A DNA stretch of 64,000 nt. Source: Malacoraja senta (lineage: Eukaryota). Shown in pieces: positions 24,314 to 38,029 of this stretch; position 1 is the stretch's first letter, and every line of letters starts with the position of its first letter. The notes below the pieces were generated by a model, which was given only the letters and a program-made list of their open reading frames with translations, was not told the origin of the DNA and searched no databases. Position numbers and translations under genes: made by a program. The stretch lies in NCBI GenBank assembly GCA_038087875.1, contig CM075995.1, forward strand, positions 9,054,001 through 9,118,000, in the 5' to 3' direction.

Positions 24314-24968
24314 ACAATAGACAATAGACAATAGGTGCAGGAGTAGGCCATTCGGCCCTTCGAGCCAGCACCGCCATTCAATGTGATCATGACTGATCAT
24401 GCACAATCAGTACCCCGTTCCTGCCTTCTCCCCATATCCCCTGACTCCGCTATCTTCAAGAGCCCTATCTAGCTCTCTCTTGAAAGTATCCAGAGAACCG
24501 GCCTCGACCGCCCTTTGAGGCAGAGAATTGCACACAACCCTCTGTGTGAAAACGTGTTTCCTTGTCTCCGTTCTAAATGGCTAAGCCCTTATTCTTAAAC
24601 TGTGGCCCCTGGTTCTGGACTCCCCCAACATCGGGAACATGTTTTCTGCCTCCAGCGTGTCCAAACCCTTAATAATCTTATGTTTCTATAAGATCCCCTC
24701 TCATCCTTCTAAATTCCAGAGTATACAAGCACAGCCGCTCCATTCTATCAACATATGACAGTCCCGCCATCCCTGGAATTAACCTGGTGAACCTAAGCTG
24801 CACTCCCTCAATAGCAAGAATGTCCTTCCTCAAATTTGGAGACCAAAACTGCACACAATACTCCAGGTGTGGTCTCACTAGGGCCCTGTACAATAGACAA
24901 TAGGTGCAGGAGTAGGCCATTCGGCCCTTTGAGCTACACCTGCAGAAAGACCTTTTGCTCCTATACTC
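24314..24968 (-). mobile_element. CR1 3' fragment
   Basis: [18 protein letters not shown] to (CTATTGT)n. Confidence 0.9.
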
Positions 24969-25123
24969 ATTCCTTTGTCACTTATTCCTTTGTTTCAGAG
25001 GGTATGCCAGACCTGCTGAGTTACTTCAGCTTTTTGTGTGTATCTTTGGTTTAACCAGCATCTGCAGTTCCTTCCTAATCTAAACTAAACACTTATTTGA
25101 CGATCTATACTCTGCGTTAATAG

Positions 25124-25174
25124 GGATCTTTTTCCAAAAGCGGACTCAACCAGAATTGAAGTCTGCAGTTATAG
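25124..25174 (+). CDS. Candidate host exon (51 nt)
   Basis: taatag acceptor, AG|gtatgg donor; two open frames. Confidence 0.3.
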
Positions 25175-25287
25175 GTATGGAATATATGTTGAATTCTCTA
25201 ATTTTATTTCTCACTAGACCAAACCATGCTGTGATGCATCCCGATAAAATGCTTTCTACGGCGCATCTGTAGAAGTTGGTGAGAGTT

Positions 25288-26060
25288 GAATGAATGAATG
25301 AATGAATGAATGAATGAATGAATGAATGAATGAATGAATGAATACTTTATTGTCATTATAACATGTAAACATGTACAACGAAATTAGAAATGCCAACCAG
25401 TCCGTGCACCATTCACACCAACTGTGTGCGCCACATTTTCTAACAGCAAAAGTCTAAGATAAACAACTAAAATAAATAACATGAAAAAAAAAACATTCTT
25501 CTGTCGATTTCACAGTCCCTTTGGTGTGTAGCACACCTGCACTCATTTGGTGGCTACATTACGTGTAGTTATTGCTGTGGGATAAAAACTGTTTTTGAGT
25601 CTGTTTGTCCTTGTCCTCATTGATCTGTACCGTCTGCCTGACGGCAGCAGTTCAAACAGGGAGTGACCGGGGTGGAAAATGTCCTTTATGATCTTCTGGG
25701 ATTTTTTTGAGACAGTGGGAACTGTGTAGGTCCTCCAAGGTGAGGAGAGGGCAGCCGATAATCTTCTGGGCGTTGTCAATAGCCCTCTGGAGCGCTTTCC
25801 TCTTAGCCGCTGTGCAGCTGGTGTACCACATGCATACAAAGTAGGGGGCATGCTGAACTTCCTGAGCCTTCTAAGGAAGTAGAGGCGATGGTGTGCTTCC
25901 TTGGTCGTTGCTTCAGTATGGGTGGCCCCAGGAGAAGTTGTTGGTGATATTGACTCCTCAGAATTTGAAGTTTTCAACCATCTTTACTTCAGCACCGTCA
26001 ATACAAACTGTGTACCGACTCGCTTCCTGAAGTTGATCACTATCTCATTGTGTCTTGCTC
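25288..26060 (-). mobile_element. Rex1/Babar fragments with (TTCA)n tail
   Basis: RLYFLRRLRKF, HPGHSLFELLPSGRRYRS..SFYP. Confidence 0.85.
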
Positions 26061-26469
26061 TACGTCATGGCAGGCCCAGAACTCGTTGAGGTGGGGGCAG
26101 AGGGGTGCAAACTGGGGTAAAATGGGGCATCTTGGTCGGCATGGATCTGTCGGGGCGAAGGGCCTGTTCCAATGCTGTTTGACTCCATAACTCTATGTCT
26201 CTCTGCCTCAGAGGGCGGTGGAGGCCAGTTCTCTGGATGCTTTCAAGAGAGAGCTAGATAGGGCTCTTAAAAATAGCAGAGCCAGGGGATATGTGGAGAA
26301 GGCAGGAACGGGGTACTGATTGGGGATGATCAGCCATGATCACATTGAATGGCGGTGCTGGCTCGAAGGGCCGAATGGCCTACTCCTGCACCTATTGTCT
26401 ATTGTCTGTTATCTGTTTTTGAAGTCGATGAGTCACTGAGGGAGGACATTCCTTCCTGATCGATGAGTC

Positions 26470-27390
26470 ATTTGAGGAAGGACATTCTTGCTATTGAGGG
26501 AGTGCAGCGCAGGTTCACCAGGTTAATTCCCGGGATGGCGGGACTGTCATATGCTGAGAGAATGGAGTGACTGGGCTTTTACGAATTGGAATTTAGAAGG
26601 ATGGAGGGGATCTTTTTGAAACATACAAGATTATTAAGATATTCGACACGCTAGAGGCAGGAAAGATGTTCCCGATGTTGGGGGAGTCCAGAACCAGGGG
26701 CCACAGTTTAAGAATAAGGGGTAAACCATTTAGTACAGAGATGAGGAAAAACGTTTTCACCCAGAGAGTTGTGAGTCTGTGGAATTCTCTGCCTCAGAAA
26801 TTACTGAGACCTTGCATTTGGAAAAAATAAGATTTGTCTTAATTGACAAACAAGAATTATTTGTTAGAATAGGGTCTCCATTGATTGAATTCTTGAAAAG
26901 TGAATTGGTTTAACATAAAATCAGGGTTGAAACCTGAGTTTGGGATTAGATGAATAGTTATACTCAACATATCCTGGATCTATCTCCACAATCTTGTTAT
27001 TGGTAGTTTCCTTTTGTGTCTCCTTTTTCTCTCTATTAGATTATAGTTTCTCTCATCTTTTTCTCTCTTTATCTTTATTCTTTAAAAAAAAATTTTTTTT
27101 TAAACTGAAGCTATGTAAGAAATCTGTAATTAAATTGTCGCTTACTATTACTTGTATACATGCTTCTAATAAAAATATTAAAAAACAAAAAAAGAAGGCA
27201 GTGGAGGCCAATTCTCTGGATGCTTTCAAGAGAGAGTTAGATAGAGCTCTTATAGATAGCGGAGCCAAGGGAAATGGGGAGAAGGCAGGAACGGGGTACT
27301 GATTGGGGATGATCAGCCATGATCACATTGAATGGCGGTGCTGGCTCGAAGGGACCTAATGGCCTATTCTTGCACCTGTTGTCTATTGTC
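26470..27390 (+). mobile_element. CR1 3' fragment split by an L1 3' end
   Basis: gcctcagaa|...|gaaggcagtgg continuity across the insert. Confidence 0.88.
26800..27193 (+). mobile_element. L1-clade 3' end with poly(A)
   Basis: EITETLHLEKIRFVLIDKQELFVRIGSPLIEFLK..*, T-rich UTR, AATAAA and A-tail, short agaa duplication. Confidence 0.75.
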
Positions 27391-27738
27391 TGTTGTTGAA
27401 GGTGAAGGTGAATGTGTCACCTGACAACCCAGAACGACCTCGAGTTGGACAGTTCATCTCCACACTCTCCTCGATCTGTCACGGCCCTGTTTACATGCTG
27501 ATTACACTTTGCCCTCACCAACATAATAGCAACGTCAAAGGAACGGAACATCTCACATCACCCGCTCATGCTGAAGCGAAACAATCCTGCTTTCAGACAC
27601 GCCAATCAACCACGAGGAAGTATGTCAAGGTCATTTTGGCTAAATACTGAAACAACTCGTTCTGTCCGTGTCAGTACCACTACTACAGGCGGGCTTTTTG
27701 ATGGAGGTTTCTGCCCATCAGTTTTTGGCACTTCACGC

Positions 27739-28139
27739 CAAAGATCCTATAGCGAGCAAGATAGTCCACTCGACGAAAAAGACGTAGTACGGTCATGGGC
27801 AGATCCATGGGTAATTTTCGGCCCCATTTCCGTAACCGGCTTCCGTCTCCGCATCAAAGATCCCATGGGATAATAGTGCGGAGACGGAAGCCGGTTACGG
27901 AAACATCCTCGTAAAAATAAAAGTTATTTGGTAAAAATCTTCTCCTCATTTTCAGAATTTTAATTTATTAACACAAACTGTTCCCCCGCAACGTTGATTA
28001 CATTGCGAGTCGGGTTTGAGTCCGGTCCGGTTACAGAAATGTATTTTAAAAAGGGCCACGTTCCGCTCCGTTGCGTACTACACGTCAGCCCATTGCATTT
28101 AGCAGGAGTGGTCTATCTTGCTCCACTATAGGATCTTTG
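27739..28139. mobile_element. hAT MITE
   Basis: ~33-bp imperfect TIR caaagatcctatag..agcaagatag.ccactc; perfect 8-bp TSD cttcacgc. Confidence 0.92.
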
Positions 28140-28599
28140 CTTCACGCTGCCTCGAAAAAAAACAGCCAATATTATCAATGGCTTGTCACCCCCCCCCCCC
28201 CCCCCCGGTTATTCCTTCTTCTCCCTTTCGGCTGACGATGGGCTTTAATTCATTGTCACGTGGACCGAGGTACAGTGAAAAGCTTTTGATGCGTGCTAAC
28301 CAGTCAGCGGAAAGACAATACATGATTACAATCGAGCCATTCGCAGTGTAGAGATGTGTAGGAAGGAACTGCAGATGCTGGTTTAAACCGAAGATAGACA
28401 CAAAAAGCTGGAGTATATGGATACATGATAAAGGGAATCGGGGTAGAGATTTAAACGGGGGGAAGCCGAGAACAAAGAGGGACCATTGGGACCACATTGA
28501 ACACTGTGTCGGTGCCCTATACGTAGCCGCCCGTTGCATACTTTGTCCGTGGTACACAAGTCAAAGAATTTTACCGTGACGTTACATGTGATAAGAAAG

Positions 28600-29476
<877 letters not shown>

Positions 29477-29617
29477 ACCTGTTTCTGTGCTAATGACTAT
29501 GATTCTCTATGACTTCAGCAAAGAAGATATTTTTAATAATTTGTTAAATTATTCTTCAAAAAGATTCCAGCAAGTCACGTTTGTAATCACGTACAGATGC
29601 TGGAATAAGCCCATTCG

Positions 29618-29905
29618 TTTTAGTTTAGAGATACAGCGCGGAAACAGGCACTTCGGCCCACCAAGTCCGCGCCGACCAGCGATCACCTGTACACTAGTCC
29701 TATCCGACACATCTGGGGACATTTTACAGAAGCCAATTAACCTACGAGTTTGGAGTGTTGGGGGGTAAACCGGAGCACCCGGAGAAAAACCCAAGCAGGT
29801 CACGGGGAGAACGTGCAAACACCGCACAGACAGCACCCGTGGTCAGGATCGAACCCGGGCCTCTGGCTCTGCGAGGCAGCAACTCTACCGCTTCGCGACC
29901 GTGCC
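29618..29905 (-). mobile_element. HE1 SINE, near full length
   Basis: tRNA-like head, central domain, gggccgaagtgcc stem, (CTAAA)n tail. Confidence 0.9.
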
Positions 29906-30269
29906 GTCCTTACACGTTATATCGGTCACTTCACAGAGCATCTTGCAAAACCATTTTGGGCTTGTCGAAATTCTTTCATCAAACGCTGGCCCAGAGGCAG
30001 CAAAGTCGCACAAATCTGCCGCGACCATTCCACACGTAGGCCAATTCCCCGCACTGGGATTAAAGCCAAGCATGCCGTCATTGTTTAAATGCTGGTAGTT
30101 CTGATAGAGAGTATCTTCATCACATAAACAGGCTTGTCACAGATGCATCAGCGATGTCCAGAGATTAAAATGCAACTGTACAAATTCTTCCCAGACACAA
30201 ACCAGCATGTCGGAGATATTCTTCTTGCTATTTCGGTTTTGCAGTGCAGTTTAACGTGTATTTTTTCAG

Positions 30270-30334
30270 ACTTCAATAATCCTTTGTGTGTTACCAGCTC
30301 CGCAACAGATCCCTTCCCAGTGCAGAGAAGATTT
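30270..30334 (+). CDS. Candidate host exon (65 nt)
   Basis: tttaac branch, ttttttcag acceptor, gtgagg donor; two open frames. Confidence 0.3.
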
Positions 30335-30802
30335 GTGAGGACTCGAGGGTCTCATAAGTTCATAGGTTTATACATCATTGGAACAGAATTAGGCCATTCT
30401 GCCCCTCTAGTCTACTGCGGCCTCAATCAAGGCCGATCTACCCCATTCTCCCACAACCCCATTCTCCTGCCGTCTCCCCGCAACCCCTGCCACCTTTACC
30501 AATTAAGTATCTGTCAATCTCCGCCTTAAAAAATACCCACTGACTTGGCCTCCACAGCCGTCTGTGTCAATGAATTCCACAGATTCTCCGCCCTCTGGCT
30601 AAAGAAATTCCTCCTCATCTCCTTCCTAAAGATACGTCCTGTTATTCTGAGGCTGTGCCCTCCGGTCTTAGAACTCTCCCACTAGTGGAAACATCCTCTC
30701 CACTTCCACACTATCCAGGCCTTTCACTATTCGTGGCCTGAGCTACAGGGAAAGCCGAGACAGGCTGGGACTTTATTCCTTGGAGCGCAGGAGGATGAGG
30801 GG

Positions 30803-31036
30803 CGACTGCGGAGGCCTCAATAGGCCCCGACCATGGGTGAACAAGAGGAAGAGGAATGAACTTTGGTGCCTTCCCTCACAGTGGGAAACGTTGATTCCGC
30901 TGCGGGGGATGTTCTTATGTTTTATGTTAAATTCTATAGTGTTGTGCTTATCTTATTTGTGTGCTGCATGGTAACTTAAATTTCACTGCACCAATTGGTG
31001 TATGTGACAATAAATGTCCTTTGTCCTTTGCCCTTT
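30803..31036 (+). mobile_element. 5'-truncated copy of the GC-rich retroposon family
   Basis: Conserved hairpin 30872-30909 and tttcactgcacc..gtgacaataaa tail. Confidence 0.7.
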
Positions 31037-31131
31037 GATAGAGGTGTATACGATCATGAGCTGAACTGATAGGGTGAATGCACAGAGTCTTTTACCCAGA
31101 GTAGAGGATTCAAGAACCAGGATTCAATGAT

Positions 31132-32103
31132 ATAGACAATAGACAATAGGTGCAGGACTAGGCCATATGGCCCTTCGAGCCGGCACAGCCATTCAATGTG
31201 ATCATGGCTGATCATCCCCAATCAGTACCCCGTTCCTGCCTTCTCCCCATATCCCCTGACTCCGCTATCTTTAAGAGCCCTATCTAGCTCTCTCTTGAAA
31301 GCATCCAGAGAACCTGCCTCCACCGCCCTCTGAGGCAGAGAATTCCACAGACTCACCACTCTCTGTGAGAAAATGGGTTTAGGGAGAGGTGGGAAAGATT
31401 TACTGAGCGGCAACCTTTTTACACAAAAAGCGGTGGGTATATGGAACGAGCTGGCAGAGGAGATGTTGTAGCAAGTACTGTAACTATTTAAATCACATTT
31501 GGGCAGATGCATGAAGAGGAAAGGCTTGGAGGGATATGGGCCAAATGTGGGCAGATGGTAGTGTAGATGGGACATCTTGGGCAAGCTGAGCTGAAGGGCT
31601 GCCTGACACTGACTATGCCTGCATTTGCTATTACGCAGTCTCGAGGTTAATTCCCGGGATGGCGGGACTGTCATATGTTGAAAGAATGGAGCGGCTGGGC
31701 TTGTACACTCTGGAATTTAGAAGAATGAGAGGGGATCTTATTGAAACATATACAATTATTAAGGGATTGGACACACTAGAGGCAGGAAACATGTTCCCGA
31801 TGTTGGGGGAGTCCAGAACCAGGGGCCATAGTTTAAGAATAAGGGGGTAGGCCATTTAGAACGGAGATGAGGAAACACTTTTTCACCAAGAGTTGTGAAT
31901 CTGTGGAATTCTCGGCCTCAGAAGGCAGTGGAGGCCGATTCTCTGGATACTAGCTTTAAGAGCCCTATCTAGCTCTCTCATGAAAGTATCCAGAGAACCG
32001 GCCTCCACCGCCCTCTGAGGCAGAGAATTCCAGACTCACAACTCTCTTTGTGAAAAAGTGTTTCCTTGTCTCCGTACTAAATGGCTTACTCCTTATTCTT
32101 AAA
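31132..32103. mobile_element. CR1 3' fragments including fold-back pair
   Basis: 31132-31372 -, 31643-31952 +, 31956-32103 -. Confidence 0.85.
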
Positions 32104-32339
32104 CGTGTCTAAATTTAACATGGAACGGGTTATAACGGAGGCAAGACGCAGTCAGGTCACACCCAACAGGTAGAGTAGCTGCAGGTAAACTACCTGCGTC
32201 GGCGCTTTCTCCAATCCTTCTCATCTCTTATCTCCCCGACTGATGTTCTCTTTAATCTTCCTAGCTTTGTTCAGCTCCCAGATAAAGCCCCCAAGCTTGG
32301 CTTCCCTTCCTTCATCAGATCTCTTCATCACAACCTTAA

Positions 32340-32532
32340 AGGGCCTGTCCCACTTACCCGACTTGCCGGCACTCGTCACAGTCGCAGCAGGTCGCCGAAA
32401 AATGTCAAACGTTGAAAATCCAGCGACGACCAGAAAAAGGTACGACTCTTTGGCGACTACTCACCACCAAACAGGCGTCACCCCGTGACTGCAGGGTGAT
32501 GCCTGTTTGGTGATGAGTAGTCGCCCATAGAG
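32340..32532. mobile_element. Harbinger-type MITE, partial
   Basis: taa|agggcctgtcccactta and central hairpin. Confidence 0.8.
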
Positions 32533-33276
32533 TCAATAGGCAATAGGTGCAGGAGTAGGCCATTCGGCCCTTCGAGCCAGCACCGCCATTCAAAGTGATC
32601 GTGGCTGATCATCCCCAATTAGTACCCCATTCCTGCCTTCTCCCCATATCCCCTGACTCCGCTATCTTTAAGAGCCCTATCTAGCTCTCTCTTGAAAGCA
32701 TCCAGAGAACCTGCCTCCACCGCCCTCTGAGGCAGAGAATTCCACAGACTCACCACTCTCTGTGAGAAAAAGTGTTTCCTCGTCTCCGTTCTAGACAGGG
32801 CATCTTGGTTGGCAAGGACGGGTTGGGAAGAATGAATGGCCTGTGTCCGTGCTGTCTGACTCTGTATTTTCCCTCTGCTGCGATGTTATCAGTTTGTACT
32901 TTCAGCAGCTTGATGCAGGGAGAGAGAAGAAAAATTAAACAAGCTAAACATGAAAGGACAAGTCGAACTGAAGGCAGATGCTTGTTAAATCCTTGGCTGC
33001 AGCAGATGCTGGCATATTGTGTTATCAGATGCTGGTTGGGGTGGGGGGGTGTGGCAAGATGGAATGCAGAAAGAAACCAGACTGTTAGGATAGACTTTCC
33101 AAATTTGCTACTGGTTTTCCGGGAATCCGCTGGAAACATTCCCTGCTGCTTCTTGGGCCTTGTGTGTGTGAAAGGCCTGGATAGAGTGGATGTGGAGAGG
33201 ATGTTTCCACTAGTGGGAGAGTCTAGGACCAGAGGTCATAGCTTTAGAATTAAACAACGTTCCTTTAGGAAGGAGA

Positions 33277-33590
33277 TTTAGTTTATAGATACAGCGCGGA
33301 AACAGGCCCTTTCTGCCCACCTGGTCCGCGACGACCAGCGACCCCGCACATTAACACTATCCTACACACACCAGGGACAATTTTTTTACATTTACCAAGC
33401 CAATTAGCCTACATACCTGCACGTCTTTGGGGTGCGGGAGGAAACCGAAGATCTCAGAGAAAACCCACGCAGGTCACGGGGAGAACGTACAAACTCCGTA
33501 CAGACAGCCCCCGTAGTCGGGATCGAACCCGGGTCTCCGGCGCTGCATTCGCTGTGAGGCGGCAACTCTACCGCTGCGCCACCGTGACTG
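33277..33590 (-). mobile_element. HE1 SINE
   Basis: A/B boxes tggcgcagcgg, ggttcgatcc. Confidence 0.9.
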
Positions 33591-34114
33591 CCCTAAGATG
33601 AGGAGGAATTTCTTTAGTCAGAGGGTGGTGAATCTGTGGAATTAATTGCCACTGACGGCTGTGGAGGCCGTCAATGGATATTTTTAAGGCAGAGATTGAT
33701 AGATTCTTGATTATTTAAGGTCATAAGGTCATAATTTATAGGAACAGAATTGGGCCATTCGGCCCATCAAGTCTACTTTGCCATTCAATCATGGCTGATG
33801 TATCTCTCCCTCCTAACCCCATTCTCCTGCCTTCTCCCCATAACCTCCGACACCCGTACTAATCAAGAATATCCGTGTGGCTGTGTTCATTCATCAATGA
33901 TCAGTTTGTGGTTTTGTGAGTCATTTGTTTCCGAACCCCACCACTGTCTTGGTCCGTAAACACATCGAGCCACTCATGTTCCCAGAAGTGAGAATGATGG
34001 TTCATGACACCAAGACAGCTCTTGTGAGTTGTAGGCATCCCTGAGAGGCACAGATGGGGTAGAAGCTTTTTTCCCAGGATGGAGGATCAAATACCAGAGG
34101 GCGTAGCTTTAAGG

Positions 34115-34532
34115 CAGGGGTCGGCAACCTATGGCCCCCGGGCCGAATGCGGCCCATAACCCGTAATCATCCGGCCCGCCGAGCGCGGCCGAGCTCTGTC
34201 CGTACCGCATCCTGCGCAAAGCCGCCGGCACGGCCACGCACCTTCTGTAAACGCGTTTAAGAAAGAACTGCCGATGCTGGAAAAATCAAAGGTAGACAAA
34301 AAATGCTGTAGAAACTCAGCGGGTGAGACATGCGAGGATTGCACGAGGCTGCCTCACCCGCTGAGTTTCTCTAGCATTTTTGTCCACCTTCTGTGAACAC
34401 GTGATTTGATGCCTGCCATCCGGGGCGGGATGGGGGCGGGATTCGTGTGTACACGTGATAGATGAGGCCCCCGCCATTCGCTCACAGACACGCGTCCCGG
34501 CCCCGATGCAGAACAAGGTTGCCCAACCCCTG
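34115..34532. mobile_element. hAT (Charlie-like) MITE containing a Penelope inverted piece
   Basis: TIR caggggtcggcaacct / aggttgcccaacccctg; TSD ctttaagg / ctgtaagg. Confidence 0.85.
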
Positions 34533-34613
34533 CTGTAAGGTGAGAGGGGCAAAGTTTAAAGAAGTGTTTTACCTAGAGAGTGGTGGGTAGTTGGAATGCG
34601 CTGCTGTTGGTGC

Positions 34614-34917
34614 TTAGAGATACAGCGCGGAAACAGGCCCTTCGGCCCACCGAGTCTGCGCCGACCAGCGATCCCCGCACACTAATATCATCCTACACAC
34701 ACCAGGGACAATTTTTACATTTACCAAGCCAATTAACCTACAAATCTGTACGTCTTTGGAGTGTGGGAGGAAACCGAAGATCTCGGGGAAAACCCAGGCA
34801 GGTCACGGGGAGAACAAAGAAACTCCGGTCAGACAGCAGCCGTAGTCGGGATGGAACCCGGGTCTCCGGCGCTGCATTTGCTGTAAGGCGGCAACTCTAC
34901 CGCTGTGCAACCGTGAC
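34614..34917 (-). mobile_element. HE1 SINE
   Basis: Same structure as 33277-33590. Confidence 0.9.
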
Positions 34918-35280
34918 CTCCCATTGCACGTCGGTGGTGGTGAAGGCAGATATGATAGCGGTATTCAAGGGATTTTTGGACAGAACCATTTGGATAGGTA
35001 CATGGACAGGGCTATGGGCCAAACGTAGGCAGGTGGGACTAGTGTAGATGGGAAATGTTGGTCGGTGTGGGCCCAAGGGCCTGTTTCCACGCTTTATGAC
35101 TATGACTCTACGATAGGCATACGGAAATACGAGCAATGGAGGGGTTTGGATTATTGGCAAGCAGATAAGGATTGGTCAAGGCATCATTTTTTGGCGTCGA
35201 ATGGTCCGTTCACGTGCTGTACTGTTCTATGTTCTATGCGAGCTGAACCATACTATTAGCAATTAGTTTCAGAACACGAA

Positions 35281-36110
35281 GGCAGGGTGACGCAGCAGTA
35301 GAGTTGCTGTCTTACAGCGCTTACAGCGCCAGATACCCGGGTTCGATCCCGACTACCGGTGCTGCCTGCACGGAGTTTGTCCGTCGTCCTCGTGAACTGA
35401 GCGCTCCGAGAGCTTCGCTTTTCCTCCCACACTCCGAAGACACATACAGGTTTGTAGGTTAATTGGCTTGGTGTCATTGTAAAATTGTCCCCAGTGTGTG
35501 TGGGATAGTGTTAAGCCCCTGTCCCACTTAGGAGACCTAAACAGCAACCTCTGGTGACCTTGACCGCCGCCCAAGGTTTCCATGAGGCCACCGGAGGTTT
35601 TGGGTCACTCTCCCTAATGGTCGAAAGTGGTTTCCGTGTGGTCGAGGCTTCATCTAGGTTGCTGCCATTTTTTCATCGTGATTAAAACCGGCCTCGACTA
35701 AAAATAGGTTGCCGTTTTAAAAATCTTCTGAATCTTCTGAATCTTCTGAATTAGTAGTCGGCAGGGCAGTACTCTGCATATCGCAAACTTGGACAAATCG
35801 ATAATTTTGATAATTCGATAATTTCGATAAATCGACAAATCAATAATATTTTAGTCGCAGGTCTAGTCGAAGCCGGTTTTCTTCATAGTCGAGGAAGGTT
35901 TTCAACATATGCGTGGGAGGTGGTAGGAGGTTGCAGGTCACCTCCACCTTGATTTTTTTTTTTGGGTGGCGGGCAAGGTCACCAGAGGTTGCTGTTTAGG
36001 TCTCCTAAGTGGGACAGGGGCTTTAGTGTGCGGGGATCGCTGGTCGGTGCGGACTCACTCGGCCAAAGGATCTGTTTCCGCGCTGCATCTCTAAACTAAA
36101 TTAAACTAAA
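35281..36110 (+). mobile_element. HE1 SINE interrupted by a MITE
   Basis: gatagtgtta|...|ttagtgtgcgggg. Confidence 0.88.
35514..36022. mobile_element. PIF/Harbinger MITE
   Basis: >60-bp near-perfect TIR agcccctgtcccacttaggagacc; 3-bp TSD TTA. Confidence 0.92.
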
Positions 36111-36747
36111 CATGCCCTTCTGCCTCAAACATGATGCCGAGACCAACTCTTACCTGCCTGCACATAATCCACACCCGCTCCATTCCCTGCATATCCATGC
36201 ACCTATTGAAAAGTCTCTCAAAGTCCACAATCGTATCGGCGGCGGCCTCCACCGACATAATTGAAGTGAATCCAGAAATAAAGTAAAAAATTTAAATAAG
36301 TTTTAAAAAAAAATACGGAAATTTGGGAGATCTTCGGACGATCATTAATTGGACTTTACTGGACTTTATCTTGCACTAAACATGATTCCTTTTATCAATA
36401 GACAATAGACAATAGGTGCAGGAGTAGGCCATTCGGCCCTTCGAGCCAGCACCGCCATTCAATGTGATCATGGCTGATCATCCCCAATCAGTACCACGTT
36501 CCTGCCTTCTCCCCATATCCCCTGACTCCGCTATTTTTAAGAGCCCTATCTAGCTCTCCCTTGAAAGCATCCAGAGAACCTGCCTCCACCGCCCTCTGAA
36601 GCAGACAATTCCACAGACTCACAACTCTCAGTACCTGTCCACTGCGGACGGCTCAATTGTAATCATGTATTGTCTTTCCGCTGACTGGTTAGCTCAAAAC
36701 CAAAAAAGCTTTTCATTCTACCTCGGTACAGGTGACAATAATACTAA

Positions 36748-37686
36748 ACTTCTTCTTCTTATCGAGTCCACACACAAGATTAGAAGTTGTCCAGCCCTTC
36801 CAAATGTGAAACCATGCGTGTCACCAGAAAGAGGAATCCAGGCAAAACATCGTACAATATACTTGGTACCACCCTTGAAGAATCCAAACAAACCAAGTAT
36901 CTTGGCATCAAATTGCAGAATGATCTGCGTTGGAATTGTCAGACTCATCATGCAACGGTGAAAGCAACAGGTGTCCTAAATTTTCTGAGGCGCAACTTTC
37001 ATCATTGTTCAACTTCTGTCCAGAAGCTATACTTCACCCTCATTAGACCTCATTTGGACTACGCAGTTGCAGCATGGGACCCATACACAAATAAAAACAT
37101 TTCTTCCATCGAACGTGTCCAAAGACAGGCAGCTGGATTTGTTACTAACAACTATGAGAGAGAAGCGAGTGTTACCAAACGCCTGAATTCTCTGGGGTGG
37201 AACCCTCTCCAAGACAGACGTGAAGCTCACCGTTTGACCTGTTTTTACAAAATGTTAAATGGTCAGCTCGACATAGATTACAAGACCTACACCAAACCCA
37301 AACCAATTAGGAGCAGACGAGGACATTTGATCCAATTTGAGATTCCAGCTACCAAGACAGATGTGTACAGCAATTCATTCTTCCCCCGCACAATTAAAGC
37401 ATGGAATAATCTTCACCCTACCATAGTTACCCAACCAGATGCAACTAAATTTAAGGTAGCTCTTTCTTCCCAAAAACCCTTTCTGGCTTAAGTCCTCCCT
37501 CCACCACCTCCAGTTTAAATTCCATTTGGAATATTTTGGAGGACCAAGAAACCAAGAACCAAGCCACAGCTGAACACACTTCTCGGCATCTGCATACAAT
37601 GGTGTCTGTCTTGTCGCTTCTTGTGCGTGGTGGTGGAAAGATTGGTGGAAACAGGGCCGCGACGTGAACGCTCTTTCCTTGACCCC
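36748..37686 (-). mobile_element. Vingi/ingi-like LINE 3' end (36748-36796 joined to 37564-37686), split by another LINE
   Basis: Rejoined minus strand ..YADAEKCVQLWLDNF* with cgat(aag)n tail; agcc duplicated at the breakpoint. Confidence 0.55.
36797..37563 (+). mobile_element. Divergent CR1-group LINE 3' part (invertebrate-like)
   Basis: Open ORF KYLGI..LNFLRRN..RPHLDYAVAAWDPY..IERVQRQAA.FV..SFFPRTIKAWN; (AACCAAG)n tail. Confidence 0.88.
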
Positions 37687-38029
37687 ATCTCTAAACTAAA
37701 CTAAACTAAATTAAACTTATTCCCATCCTATCCTTGCATCTATCGAGAAGTCTCTATAAAGCCGTATTGGCCTCTTCACCTATTCAGAAATAAAGTAAAT
37801 AGAGTACAATGTGAAAACAGGCCATTCGGCCCAACTTGCCCAACATGTCCCATTGACACTTGCCTGTGTTTGGCCCATATCCCTTTAAACCTGTCCTATC
37901 CATGTACAGGTACCTGTCCAAATGGTTCTTAAATCTTGCACTGGGCAAGAGACCTTGTATCTGCTCAATCAACTCCTCTCAAGATTTTGTACAGTATTTC
38001 TTCAAAAAGTCTGAAGAAGGTTCTGACCC

